From Gammaproteobacteria bacterium (lineage in GTDB: Bacteria > Pseudomonadota > Gammaproteobacteria > Pseudomonadales > Azotimanducaceae), in contig NYVG01000014.1 of the NCBI GenBank assembly GCA_002684495.1, positions 40,326-104,325 on the forward strand: a stretch of 64,000 nucleotides of DNA. The letters run 5' to 3'. The first letter of the stretch is position 1; the number at the start of each line of letters is the position of its first letter. The notes under the pieces were generated by a model, which saw nothing but the letters and a program-made list of their open reading frames with translations, had not been told where the DNA came from and made no database searches. The translations under genes and the position numbers were made by a program. This document shows, piece by piece, positions 31,267 through 42,000 of the stretch.

Positions 31267-32778
31267 TCATGCGGAGCCCTTGTCATCCGACATCGAATCG
31301 CCGGCGGATTCGGGTGTCGCTAGGCGCTGGCGATATTCCTGCAATGCTGCCTGCACGTCAGCAAAATTGCTTCTGGTAAGGTCATATTTGCTAATCAAAT
31401 AGGCGGGAATGAGTAATAGCGAGTTAATGATAATCGCATCTGTAATTGCCAGACGGAACAAAACATCTTCATTGATTTCAGACTGCCCTTGCCCGGACGG
31501 AAAACCAATAAAATACTCTAGTAAAAAACCTCCGATAATGACTCCAAGACTGCCCACAGCTTTAGTGGAGAAAGCCACGCCGGCGGCGAATACACCTTCC
31601 TGACGCTGCCCTGTTTTTAGCTCTTGATCATCCACTAAGTCAGCTACCATAGAGATAAACATAATCCCCGCGAGTACGGAGAAGAAAAAGTTCATCGTTG
31701 CAATTAGGGTGATTAAAGGCAGAAACAAGCCACTCTCGTATTCAGGAAAGATGCCACTTAGTCTCGCGGTTACCCCCACCATACTCATTATCATTCCGCC
31801 CACTAAGGCGAATGCGAGGGCCCGATGCTTCTCGAACCGCGCTTGAAATTTCATAACCAGCAGCACTGCGATTATTGGACCAATTGGGACAAACGCGGTT
31901 ATCACACCGATATCTTCTCCAGTCAGCCCCCAGAAATAGGTGTTAACAAAAATGTCGAAGAAGCCTAAAACTCCGAGGACACCAAAATTCATTAAGCTGC
32001 CAGTCAGCAGCAACACAAAATTACGGTTAGTTAGTGCTGATCGAATTGAGCCAAAGAGATATAACAAATCGAAAGCCTGAGTGTCCGTACTCTGATAAAA
32101 GTACGGAACCTGATCGCGAGTGAAATGTGTCGTGATCAAACACCACATCGTAATCAAAGCGCCCAGCAGCGGCGCGAACATCACATAGTTTTCGGGATTA
32201 AGCTGGCCTTGCGAAAACGCGTCCGAGCCACTGAATATAAAAGTGAAGATCAGATAGCCATAGAGAGCACCCAAAACGTAGCTTACGATCATGCGCCAGC
32301 CAACGACCTCGGATCGTTCAGAATAGCTGTCCGTCAACTCCGCCGTCATCGCGCTCCAAGGGACACTAAAAAACGTAAAGGTAAGTCGAGTCAGTATCAG
32401 AAACGTAAAAAGCCATGCAATCAATGCCAATTCACCTAAGCCTGAAGGTGGTGCAAAAAGCAGCGCGATAAAAACACCCAGTGGAACCGAGGCGGCGTAC
32501 ATTAGAGGATGCCTGCGCCCGAGCTTCGTCTTTAGAGTGTCGGAATATGAGCCGACCAAGGGGTCAGAAAATGCGTCTAGCAGTAACGCCAAACCCATGC
32601 CAATTGAAATAGTGCTCGCCGAAACGCCGAGTATTTGGTTGTAATAAAGTGCCAGCAAAGTGCCAATAGCACTGTTCATATGGCTGCCCGGCATTTCGCC
32701 GAGTCCGTAAATTAGCTTCGTTCTTAACGGGACCTTGCCGCGCCTCTCCCGTGCCCGTCGAAAATTACCCGCTGCCAT
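31267..32778 (-). CDS. MFS transporter, GPH (MelB-like) family
   Basis: DAFSDPLVGSYSD, LGRRHP, AELTDSYSER, MVADLVD..ELKTGQRQEG. Confidence 0.9.
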   Translation of the reverse strand: MAAGNFRRARERRGKVPLRTKLIYGLGEMPGSHMNSAIGTLLALYYNQILGVSASTISIGMGLALLLDAFSDPLVGSYSDTLKTKLGRRHPLMYAASVPLGVFIALLFAPPSGLGELALIAWLFTFLILTRLTFTFFSVPWSAMTAELTDSYSERSEVVGWRMIVSYVLGALYGYLIFTFIFSGSDAFSQGQLNPENYVMFAPLLGALITMWCLITTHFTRDQVPYFYQSTDTQAFDLLYLFGSIRSALTNRNFVLLLTGSLMNFGVLGVLGFFDIFVNTYFWGLTGEDIGVITAFVPIGPIIAVLLVMKFQARFEKHRALAFALVGGMIMSMVGVTARLSGIFPEYESGLFLPLITLIATMNFFFSVLAGIMFISMVADLVDDQELKTGQRQEGVFAAGVAFSTKAVGSLGVIIGGFLLEYFIGFPSGQGQSEINEDVLFRLAITDAIIINSLLLIPAYLISKYDLTRSNFADVQAALQEYRQRLATPESAGDSMSDDKGSA

Positions 32779-32803
32779 ACCATGCCCCCCGAAACTCTAC
32801 GAT

Positions 32804-33994
32804 TCAGTTCATCAATGGCTCTAAGGGCGCCAGTCCCAAAGCCTCTCTGTGCGTATTGTGATAATGCTGCAACGCGGGCTCGTTCCTGCCGAAGATATAA
32901 TGATCCTGTGCTCCGGACGTAGCGCCCGTCTGGATTGTTGCCGCTGCTGCGTAGTCTTCATCGACGACAACTTTATTGAATCCCAAGAATCTGCTCTCCT
33001 CTAGAGCAGTCTTACCCTCTTTTTTTAAGTGGTCGAGCAGTGCTGGCCGCAAATAATAGGTGTGATACGTCTTCGACTTTGCCGGATCTTTTGGATCCGG
33101 ATACATCTTGAGCATATCAACACCTGCAGGATCAACTAAAAATATGCAATTGGGATAGAGAAAGTAAACGTTAAGGGTGACATCTCGATAGGGCCATTTT
33201 TCTATAGGTATATTGTGATCGTGCACATACTTAAATGGCTCCTTGCTAGCGAACACCATTCTGCTATTTCTTTCAAAGGTGTCCCAAGTCTGTAGGTTCC
33301 CGACAATGTCATTTGCTAATGATGATTTGTGCAGTACATCAAAGTGATAGTTCTCCCCAAAGGTGTCTATCGCTAATTTCCAGTTAATGCTCGCCTCGAT
33401 TACCTGCTCCTCTGCAAAAGGATGCTCGTCTTTTAGCCAATTCCCGAAGTCTTCTGAAAGACCTCCCATAACGTCAGCTTCGGTAAATGAACTGCCGACC
33501 GATGGTCGAACCCAGAGCATGCCATTGGCCTCTAGGCATGGTAATTCAGTGAGGCCTAGGTCTTTTTTGTCTGCGCAACCGAAATGAGATTCTCGATTTA
33601 TGGCGATCAGCTCACCGGTATTATCGAAGTTCCAAGCATGAAAGGGACAAATGAAGCGTCGTTTCCTGCCACGCCCTAGTGGCGCAATCTGCGCTCCTCT
33701 GTGTCTGCAGATATTCAAAAAGGCGCGGAACTTGCCGTTCGCGTCGCGTGTAAGCAAAAGCGGTTGGCCAGTCTCATTGGTGGCAAAGTAGGTGTCGTTG
33801 TCCGGTAAATCGGTGCTTAGGCCCAATAAAAGCGGAGTGTCCCGGAAAAACGCTTGCCTCTCCTGCTCCAACCGCTCCTTACACGTAAACTCCGAGACCG
33901 GAACTTTGACCGCATTGGCGGCTGACGCGCTTGAGTTGTCCAGAAAGCCGCTGGAAAGTTGAGAAAGCACTTTTAACTGCGTCTGTACATCCAT
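32804..33994 (-). CDS. Rieske non-heme iron oxygenase, alpha subunit
   Basis: CRHRG...CPFHAW Rieske ligands; NWKLAIDTFGENYHFDVLH; DEDY. Confidence 0.92.
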   Translation of the reverse strand: MDVQTQLKVLSQLSSGFLDNSSASAANAVKVPVSEFTCKERLEQERQAFFRDTPLLLGLSTDLPDNDTYFATNETGQPLLLTRDANGKFRAFLNICRHRGAQIAPLGRGRKRRFICPFHAWNFDNTGELIAINRESHFGCADKKDLGLTELPCLEANGMLWVRPSVGSSFTEADVMGGLSEDFGNWLKDEHPFAEEQVIEASINWKLAIDTFGENYHFDVLHKSSLANDIVGNLQTWDTFERNSRMVFASKEPFKYVHDHNIPIEKWPYRDVTLNVYFLYPNCIFLVDPAGVDMLKMYPDPKDPAKSKTYHTYYLRPALLDHLKKEGKTALEESRFLGFNKVVVDEDYAAAATIQTGATSGAQDHYIFGRNEPALQHYHNTHREALGLAPLEPLMN

Positions 33995-34275
33995 AACAAA
34001 AGTCCAATCCTCGACTCAATAACAATGCTTTTAGAACGTAGACGAAACGTAAACTGAAAACCAGAGTTTCTGAGCAATGAAAACTAGCGTTTAAATCTTA
34101 GTCTCCAGCTACATAACGACTTTGCATTGTTGTAAGACAGTTTCAGTTTGGATTTCTTCGAGCAGTTGCCGCCTCTATATTCTGCGTCAAGTTTGGCCAA
34201 CGGTTCAGCAAAGGCTACTCACGTAATTTTTTTGCTGTATTAATAGACTTAGTTTGCGCCTTCTAGGCGCGCAGG

Positions 34276-35196
34276 CTAGGCCTGAACTAAGCGCAACATA
34301 ATATTGCCCTCGCCGCGGGTATCAAAGTAGCTGCTGCGACCATCGGCACTTGTGCCCAGGCAAACTACCCCATTTTCTTGCATACGGGCTGTTTCATATA
34401 CCAGATCAGCCACTGCAAACGAGATGTCATTCACGCCGTCGCCGCGCAACCCTAAAGACGCGGCATAAACGCTAGTGTCTGAGGTCGCTGTGAAAAAGTC
34501 GAACGTAAGCGGGCCTACCGCCACACTTTGACAAACGCTGCCAATCTCAGCGTCACTGACTGCCTCAGTCGCTTCAGGAAAACCGATGTCAGCATAGTAG
34601 GTGACCGTCGCAGCGAGATCTTTAACCCCAATACCTACGCCTAGAAAGCGCCATGAGTTAACCAAGGGGTGTGCTTGATTGTTGGCTTTCCAGGCTTTTT
34701 CCCAGTCGGTTGCAGGCGGACGCAGGGAAATCATTAGATCTCCGTGCGTTCGAGTATCGAGATAATTTTCTACAGTTTTACCATTGACTAGGGCGTTAAA
34801 CATCAGCGCACAGCCTTTGCGTAAAAAGAATTCGGTGTCGGCTTCGACAGAGGGTGTGTTAAAGCAAATGTGGTTTATACCAGGGCCTTTGCGAGCCAAA
34901 TACTCGCTGAGAAACATACCGGGGCCCGGACGCATGGGGTAACACTCCAACTGGCAGTCGCCAATTTGGCTCTCGCCGTCGTTAAATGTGTGCGCACCAC
35001 CCGTAGTATAAGTATTTGTTATCGGATCTCCTTCAAGAGTTTGATAGAAAGTCAGCGATCCCTCACCCGGCTCATGAGGTAATAACGGCTGAGGACCAAC
35101 GCTGACACCGACACCGATCGATTGAAAGTGCCGCAACGTGGCATTGCGGTTACCAATGGTCATGCCCACATGATTGAGTTCCCAGTCTTCTCCCAT
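34276..35196 (-). CDS. Two-domain VOC family protein (methylmalonyl-CoA epimerase-like fold)
   Basis: LNHVG, QLEC, GPGINHICF, YLDTR; second repeat GDGVNDISF, YFDTR. Confidence 0.75.
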   Translation of the reverse strand: MGEDWELNHVGMTIGNRNATLRHFQSIGVGVSVGPQPLLPHEPGEGSLTFYQTLEGDPITNTYTTGGAHTFNDGESQIGDCQLECYPMRPGPGMFLSEYLARKGPGINHICFNTPSVEADTEFFLRKGCALMFNALVNGKTVENYLDTRTHGDLMISLRPPATDWEKAWKANNQAHPLVNSWRFLGVGIGVKDLAATVTYYADIGFPEATEAVSDAEIGSVCQSVAVGPLTFDFFTATSDTSVYAASLGLRGDGVNDISFAVADLVYETARMQENGVVCLGTSADGRSSYFDTRGEGNIMLRLVQA

Positions 35197-35331
35197 GCTC
35201 TACCTCCTCTTTCAACGCACTGTTGCTGATACTGACAGCCTGTCCAAATGACATTGCAGCTGAGCAGCGCGGCCGCGAACTCGGGCCTCAGCGCAGACGC
35301 TGCCTGCTAATCAAACGACTCGATGAGACAA

Positions 35332-36174
35332 CTAAGCCATATACCCACCGTCGACGCAGAGAATAGTTCCAGTGACATAGCTCGCTGCATCAGAGGCCAA
35401 AAACACTGCAGCATTGGCCATTTCTTCAAAGGTCGCTACCCGACCTAGCGGTAGGTTTTCTGGCCCGGTGGACCATGCCTCAAACTTTTCTTGTTCGCTC
35501 ATTTCCGGGCGCGGTGGCGGCGGTTGCTTAGGTGCTCGATCAGGATTTTCGCGATAAAAGTCACCCGCTGGATGCTGTTCCCATTCTACCAGCGACGGCG
35601 CGATTGCATTGACCCGGACATTGGATGGACCCAGATACCGGCTGTATTGGCGCGTCATCATTGCAATACCAGATTTGAGAATAGCGTAGTTACCCATACC
35701 CTTATCCGCGTGCGCTTTCAAACCACCGCGAGAGGTAAGATTGATAATGCTGCCGCTGCCCTGCGCCTGCATAATGGGTGCAACCGCCTGATGGGTATGC
35801 CAGTACCCCTTTAAGTTAACGTTAGTTAACTCATCCCACCCCTGATCGTCCAGATCCAATAACGATTTACGATGATAGCGAACCGCCACATTCATAAGAA
35901 TGTCGATACCGCCCAGCACATCCATAGCTTGGGCAACCAGCTCGTCTACTTCCGATTTTTGGGAGATATCAGTTTTAACAGCAAGCGAGCGCCGACCCAT
36001 ACCCGCAATTTCATCAGCTACAGACTGTAATGCGCCGTCTTCATTGTTTACGTCTGTCACGATCACATCGGCGCCGGCTTCAGCCAAACCAAGAGCAAAC
36101 CCCTTCCCCATATTTCTTCGGCCGCCGACCACAATTGCTTTCTTCCCTGCTAGCGAGAAATCTGCAAGCGCCAT
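35332..36174 (-). CDS. SDR family oxidoreductase
   Basis: VGGRRNMG, YAILK, RVNAIAP, YVTGTILCVDGG. Confidence 0.88.
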   Translation of the reverse strand: MALADFSLAGKKAIVVGGRRNMGKGFALGLAEAGADVIVTDVNNEDGALQSVADEIAGMGRRSLAVKTDISQKSEVDELVAQAMDVLGGIDILMNVAVRYHRKSLLDLDDQGWDELTNVNLKGYWHTHQAVAPIMQAQGSGSIINLTSRGGLKAHADKGMGNYAILKSGIAMMTRQYSRYLGPSNVRVNAIAPSLVEWEQHPAGDFYRENPDRAPKQPPPPRPEMSEQEKFEAWSTGPENLPLGRVATFEEMANAAVFLASDAASYVTGTILCVDGGYMA

Positions 36175-36200
36175 GTTTCCCCCGTTTTACGTTTACTTCA

Positions 36201-37163
36201 TTAAGGTATGAGTATCACGCGCCCCACAGCTTGTCGAGATTCGATGTAAGCATGAGCGGCCGCGGCTTCTGCTAGGGGATAAGTTCGATCGATCAGCATG
36301 CTAAGGCTTGCCGAAGCCATTTGTGCGAGCAAGTCACGGATCATTTCCTGGGCACGGGCCGTCGCCACTTCAGCCCCCAAAAATACTCCCGTGAGACTCT
36401 TGTTTCCCGGTGCAAGACCGCCAATATCGATTTTGCTGAAGTCTCGACTGGCAGTACCGACACTGACTATGCGTCCACGGCGCCCGGCTGAGGCTATACT
36501 CTTTTCAAGCACGTTGCCGCCAACTGGGTCGACCACTAAGTTCACCCCTTTGCGTTCGGTCAGACGCATAACTTCGTCGGTTAAATTCTGAGTGGCGTAG
36601 TTGATGCCGGCATCTAACCCAAAATCAGCAAGACACGCCAAGCGCGCATCAGAGGAGGCAGTCGCGTAGACCGTGGCACCGGCTTGTTTCGCCAGTTGAA
36701 TACAGGCGATTCCCACACCGCCCGCACCACCCTGCACAAGGACTGTTTCGTCAGCGCGCAGGCGTCCAAATTCAAACAACGCATCATGAGCGGTCCCGTA
36801 GGTTACCGGTATGCAGGCACCTTGATCAAAAGAGACATTGTCGGGCAGCGCCCAGCATGTGACGCTCGACACCACGCGCTGCTCCGCGTGGGAACCCGCC
36901 CCACTGAGCGTGGTTACACGATCACCCACTTTAAAACCGCTCACTTCTGCGCCCAACTCTGAAATAACGCCCGCAGCGGTATAACCGACCACTTGGTCTT
37001 TACCTCCAGTTTCGATGAATGCGCGAGCAAGCACGTCGCCTCCCTCGATGGAAATGGCCTTTACATCAATTTTGACATCTTTTGGACCACAAATCGGATC
37101 CGCGACGTCTTCATAACGGAAGACCTCCGGAGCTCCAGGTTGGTTGTAGACTGCTGCTTTCAT
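36201..37163 (-). CDS. NADPH:quinone oxidoreductase (MDR/zeta-crystallin family)
   Basis: VLVQGGAGGVG, KGVNLVVDPVG, AHAYIESRQAVGRVIL. Confidence 0.9.
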   Translation of the reverse strand: MKAAVYNQPGAPEVFRYEDVADPICGPKDVKIDVKAISIEGGDVLARAFIETGGKDQVVGYTAAGVISELGAEVSGFKVGDRVTTLSGAGSHAEQRVVSSVTCWALPDNVSFDQGACIPVTYGTAHDALFEFGRLRADETVLVQGGAGGVGIACIQLAKQAGATVYATASSDARLACLADFGLDAGINYATQNLTDEVMRLTERKGVNLVVDPVGGNVLEKSIASAGRRGRIVSVGTASRDFSKIDIGGLAPGNKSLTGVFLGAEVATARAQEMIRDLLAQMASASLSMLIDRTYPLAEAAAAHAYIESRQAVGRVILIP

Positions 37164-37261
37164 TCTTTATCGTCCTTGTCTATAAGTGAGTGTGGGGCTG
37201 AGTGTTTTGTTACCGCACTCTGCGAGTGGATTAAGTAAAACAACTTACGGGGGAATAGGAA

Positions 37262-38980
37262 ATGGCGCATGACATCATCATTCGGAACGGCCTCATAGTC
37301 GACGGATTACTCAATCCTGCCTATTCAGGCGATATTGCCATTGACGGCGACACGATAAGCGCACTGGGCAAGGTAGAAGCAAAAGGTCATCGAGAAATTG
37401 ATGCCGAAGGCGCTGTTGTTACTCCCGGTTTTATCGACCTACACACGCATATGGATGCGCAAATTGGTTGGGATCCTCAGGTTACGCCGGCATCGTGGCA
37501 CGGGGTCACGTCGATTCTCATGGGCAATTGCGGGGTTTCTTTCGCACCAGTACGACCTCAAGATAAAGAACTATTGGCCGAAATGATGGAGTCAGTAGAG
37601 GACATTCCGAGACAAGCCATTCTGTCAGGACTGTCGTGGCAGTGGTCAAGCTTCGGCGAGTATCTGGACGCAATCGAGCAATGCAAACCTGCCGTCAATG
37701 TCGCGGCCTTGGTCGGTCATGCCGCCACTCGTTTCTATGTTATGGGTCCTCGTGCCGTAGAAGAAGCACCAACGGCAGATGACATTACTCAAATTGCCAA
37801 ACTTGCCGGAAAATCTGTAAGAGAGGGCGCGATCGGATTTTCGGTAAATCGGTTGAAAGCCCATCGGCTTCCGGACGGACGCTGCATTCCGGGAACCTTC
37901 GCTCCAGAGGAAGAACTTGTTGCAATCGCCAAAGAAGTAGGCGCCGCGGGCGGCATAATGCAAAGCGTAATCGAAGCACATCCGTTAGAAGAGGAAATGC
38001 GTATTATGCACAGGCAGCTAGAGGCAGCCGGCACCCACATGCTCTTTAGTGCTCCTTGGCTGCCGGGCAAAAATGGCGACAGTGCATACCAGCCGGCCAT
38101 CGACTCAATGCGCGCAGCTGGGCTTAACGTTACTGGAACAACGCAACCCCGCGCTGCTGGGTTTTTGTCTGGACTGAATACTTTTATCTTGTTTAGCCTG
38201 CGCTCAAAAAGTGAAAGTTGGCAAAAACTGCAGCGCACTCCAGTGCCAGAGCGGCTTGCTTTGATTAAAGACCAAGCCTTTCGGGAGCAACTTATTGCAG
38301 ACGGAAAGGCCATGCAGCTCGCCGAGCACATTGGCCAAACCCTATCCTCGCCAAAGTTTGGGCTACCCTGCGAAAAGACTTTCTGGATGGGTAACGCTGA
38401 ACGGCCCAATTACGCGCATCAACCCGACCAATCATTAGCACATCTCGCCAAAGCCGCTGGCGAACATCCAGTAGAAACCTGGTTGCGTTTGCAGCTTGAA
38501 TCCGACGGAAAAGGTTTCTTCCACGTGCGCTTCGTAAACGAGGATCTGAGTGTGCTACCGAACTATATGGGTGCGGATTGGGTTGTACCGGGCGTCGGCG
38601 ATGCGGGCGCTCATGTCAGTTTGATTATGGATGCAGGCTGGACCAGCTTCTTTATTTCGCACTGGCACAGAGACACTGGCACCTACTCGCTAGAAGAGAC
38701 CATTCACATGCTGACCGCCAAGCAAAACCGCGTCCTTGGGCTGCCGGATCGTGGAGCGCTGATCGTCGGCAATAAAGCCGATATCAACGTTCTGGATATC
38801 GATCGGGTGGAAGAACGCCAGCCGCAACGAGTCGAGGATTTCCCCGGCAATGCGCCGAGGCTTATCCAACGCGGCGTAGGCTATCGCCAAACACTCGTTA
38901 ATGGCGAAGTCATACTGGAGAACGACGAACTCACAGGAACTCGAAGTGGCGTAATGCTACGCAATAACACAGGCGCCTAA
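37262..38980 (+). CDS. Amidohydrolase, N-acyl-D-amino-acid deacylase family
   Basis: PGFIDLHTHMD, HGVTSILMGNCG, GDAGAHV, DRGAL..G.KADIN. Confidence 0.9.
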   Translation: MAHDIIIRNGLIVDGLLNPAYSGDIAIDGDTISALGKVEAKGHREIDAEGAVVTPGFIDLHTHMDAQIGWDPQVTPASWHGVTSILMGNCGVSFAPVRPQDKELLAEMMESVEDIPRQAILSGLSWQWSSFGEYLDAIEQCKPAVNVAALVGHAATRFYVMGPRAVEEAPTADDITQIAKLAGKSVREGAIGFSVNRLKAHRLPDGRCIPGTFAPEEELVAIAKEVGAAGGIMQSVIEAHPLEEEMRIMHRQLEAAGTHMLFSAPWLPGKNGDSAYQPAIDSMRAAGLNVTGTTQPRAAGFLSGLNTFILFSLRSKSESWQKLQRTPVPERLALIKDQAFREQLIADGKAMQLAEHIGQTLSSPKFGLPCEKTFWMGNAERPNYAHQPDQSLAHLAKAAGEHPVETWLRLQLESDGKGFFHVRFVNEDLSVLPNYMGADWVVPGVGDAGAHVSLIMDAGWTSFFISHWHRDTGTYSLEETIHMLTAKQNRVLGLPDRGALIVGNKADINVLDIDRVEERQPQRVEDFPGNAPRLIQRGVGYRQTLVNGEVILENDELTGTRSGVMLRNNTGA

Positions 38981-39053
38981 GATCTGCAGTTAGTCCAGTA
39001 CTCGGTGCCGCAAAGACCGATCTCGCTGAACGCTTCGAACTTGTCAGCGTTGC

Positions 39054-42000
39054 TTACCACGTATCAATATAAGGGTACTTTTTCTCCGTACGATGCGGTT
39101 TGGGTGGGACTCGTTTTAGACTTTCGGCAATCCAAGAACGCGTTTCGGCAGGATCGATCACATCATCGATCCCGCCACCCGCTGCCGCATTGACTGCTTT
39201 TGCAGACTCATAAGCCCGATCCACTCGGCTATTAAATTCGCTCGCGCGTTCCTCGGGATCTTCTATAGCCATCAATTCCTTGCGATAACCCAACTTCACC
39301 GACCCTTCGATATTCATGCCTGCAAACTCCGCCGTAGGCCATGCAACGGTAAAAAACCCAACTAAGGCACTAGCGCCACACATGGCCTGCACCCCCAGCC
39401 CATAGGCCTTGCGCACGACCACACCAAAAAGGGGGGTAGTTAAATTGGCGCCGGCATTGAACATGCGCACGCAGTGACGCACCAGAGCGGTGGCCTCGAC
39501 ATCAGGGCCAACCATCATTCCAGGGCAGTCCATCAGGCTAAGGATTGGGATATCAAACGCGTCGCACAGCTGAATAAAGCGTGTGCCTTTATCAGCAGCA
39601 TCTGAGTCGATTGCACCCGCCAAATGATGCGGATTATTTGCGATAACCCCCATCGGCCGCCCTTCTACCCGGATGAAACAGGTGATTACACCAACACCGA
39701 AACCGGCGCGAATTTCCAATACGGAATCCCGGTCGGCCACGGTGGATATGATTTCTCGCATATCGTAAAGACGCAGACGATTTTCCGGCACGATATGGCG
39801 CAATTTACGCTGATCGGGTGCCTCCCATGTATCAATCGAACCTTGAAAATAGGACAGGTACTGTTTGGCCACCCGCACCGCTTCCGCTTCGTCTTCGACC
39901 AAAATATCTACAACGCCATTTGGTACCTGAAACGACATCGGACCAACTTCCTCTGGCGTATAAATACCTAGGCCGCCGCCCTCGATCATTGCCGGACCGC
40001 CCATGGCAATGGTCGAGTCTTTGGTCGCGATGATCACGTCACAACAAGCAAGCAACGCCGTATTCCCGGCAAAGCAGCGGCCGTGATTAACGCCGATCAT
40101 AGGCACCGCGCCAGAGAGCTTGGAAAATTGCGTGAACGTATGGGTATCAAAGGCTACCGCAGGACCGGTGGAATCATCGCCCGGACGACCACCGCCACCC
40201 TCTCCAAAGAGAACAATGGGCATACGAAAACGTAGCGCTAATTCGAACATCCGATCCTGTTTGTAGTGATTACGCGCACCCTGCGTCCCCGCCAGAACCG
40301 TATAGTCGTAGTGCACCACCATGGCTCGCGCGGCTTCTTCTCCGAACAGATCCGAGTTTATAGTTCCCGTACCAGCTACCACGCCATCTCCAGGGGTGCG
40401 CTGCCGCAGCGTGTCCATATCCTGTCGCTTGTGTTGACGTGCAACCACTAATGGCCAGTACTCCTTAAACGAGCCGGCATCCATGAGTTCGGAAATGTTT
40501 TCCCGCGGCATCCGTCCGCCGCGGGCATGCCGCTTGGCCACTGCTTCCTGTCGATTCTCATCGAGCGTATAAGCATGACGGTCGAAGTTCTCCCGTAAAT
40601 CATCGCGAATATGATCTAGATCTACAGTCTCCTCGGTAGCAGTCCGTCCGCCGCTAACAGAGGCTTCTTCAACGAAAATCATAGGATACGCTTCGCGCAC
40701 CACATCGCCGGCAGCCATAGTCACCTGCCGCACAATACCGTCGTGTGCAGCAGCAATGACGTGCTCCATCTTCATAGCTTCCACCACAGCTAACTGCTGG
40801 CCGGCGCGCACCTCATCTCCAACAACAACGTCAATACTGACAATCGTGCCCTGAATCGGCGAACTCACTGCATTGGATCCGTTGGGACCAACCACCGCCG
40901 GAGCAGCCTCCACTGCTGCATTTTTCCGAGATTTAACTTCAGCATCATGCGCAAATAACGCCAATGGGTCTGATGTATCAACCTTTGCGCCGGCAAAGCC
41001 GTCCTCAGCTGCCGCAGGCTGCATGCTTAAAAAACGCTGTCGCGCCTCAGAAGGCTCGGCCAGCAAGGCCATGTTCAAGTCGACCCATCGAGTATGGATA
41101 TCGCCAACTTTGAAATCAGCATGACCAACTAAATTCATCAAAAATTCGATGTTGGTATTTACTCCCTCGATCCGAAATTCTGCTAAAGCCCGAACCGTTT
41201 TTGCGCACGCGGCTGAAAAATTCGGCGCGTTGTGCGCAACTATTACCTTTGCTAGCAAGGAATCAAAAGCTGTCGAGGTCTCGTAACCAACATAGCCAAA
41301 CCCGTCCACTCTGACACCGGGACCGCTGGGCGGCTCATAGGCGCTTAGAATGCCGGAACCGGGCCAAACGCTACCATCAGCATTCAGGGTTTCCATGTTC
41401 ACGCGAGCTTGCACAGCAAAACCTCGGGGTTTCGCAGGTTTATCTAGGCCCAGCGATTCAAGGCTCGCGCCCATAGCTACCTGGATCTGACTCTGAACCA
41501 GATCAAAACCTGTAACTGCTTCGGTTACCGTATGCTCAACCTGCAGCCGCGCGTTCGCCTCAATAAAAACGAATTCAGGAGCATTGGCTGACGAATTCAC
41601 GAGAAACTCGAACGTACCGAGACTTTGATAGCCCTCTTGTTCTGCAAGTGTAGTCGCAGCGTCGATCATGCGATCCCGCAGCACCGCGTCCAAAGCCGGT
41701 GCGGGGGCTATTTCTACCAACTTCTGATTACGCCGCTGCGCGGAGCACTCGCGCTCACCTAGATTGCTAACCGCGCCATGCTCGTCGCCTATAATCTGCA
41801 CTTCAACGTGACGAGCTTTTGCCATAAACGCTTCGACGTAAACGTCCGCAATACCAAAGGCAGCTTCGGCCTCAGACTGGCAGCGATGAAATAAAGCCTC
41901 CAATTGCTCAATATCCGTTACAGCACGAGTGCCCCGGCCACCGCCACCTGCGAGTGCCTTAATCATGATTCCATCGGGGTGTTGAGCAAAAAAGTCTTTT

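Noticed and set aside
34052-34149. 9 bp inverted repeat AAACTGAAA/TTTCAGTTT as a possible MITE
   Set aside because: Short, AT-rich, single copy and no target duplication seen.
37789-38409. 206 aa minus-strand ORF
   Set aside because: Antisense shadow within the amidohydrolase.
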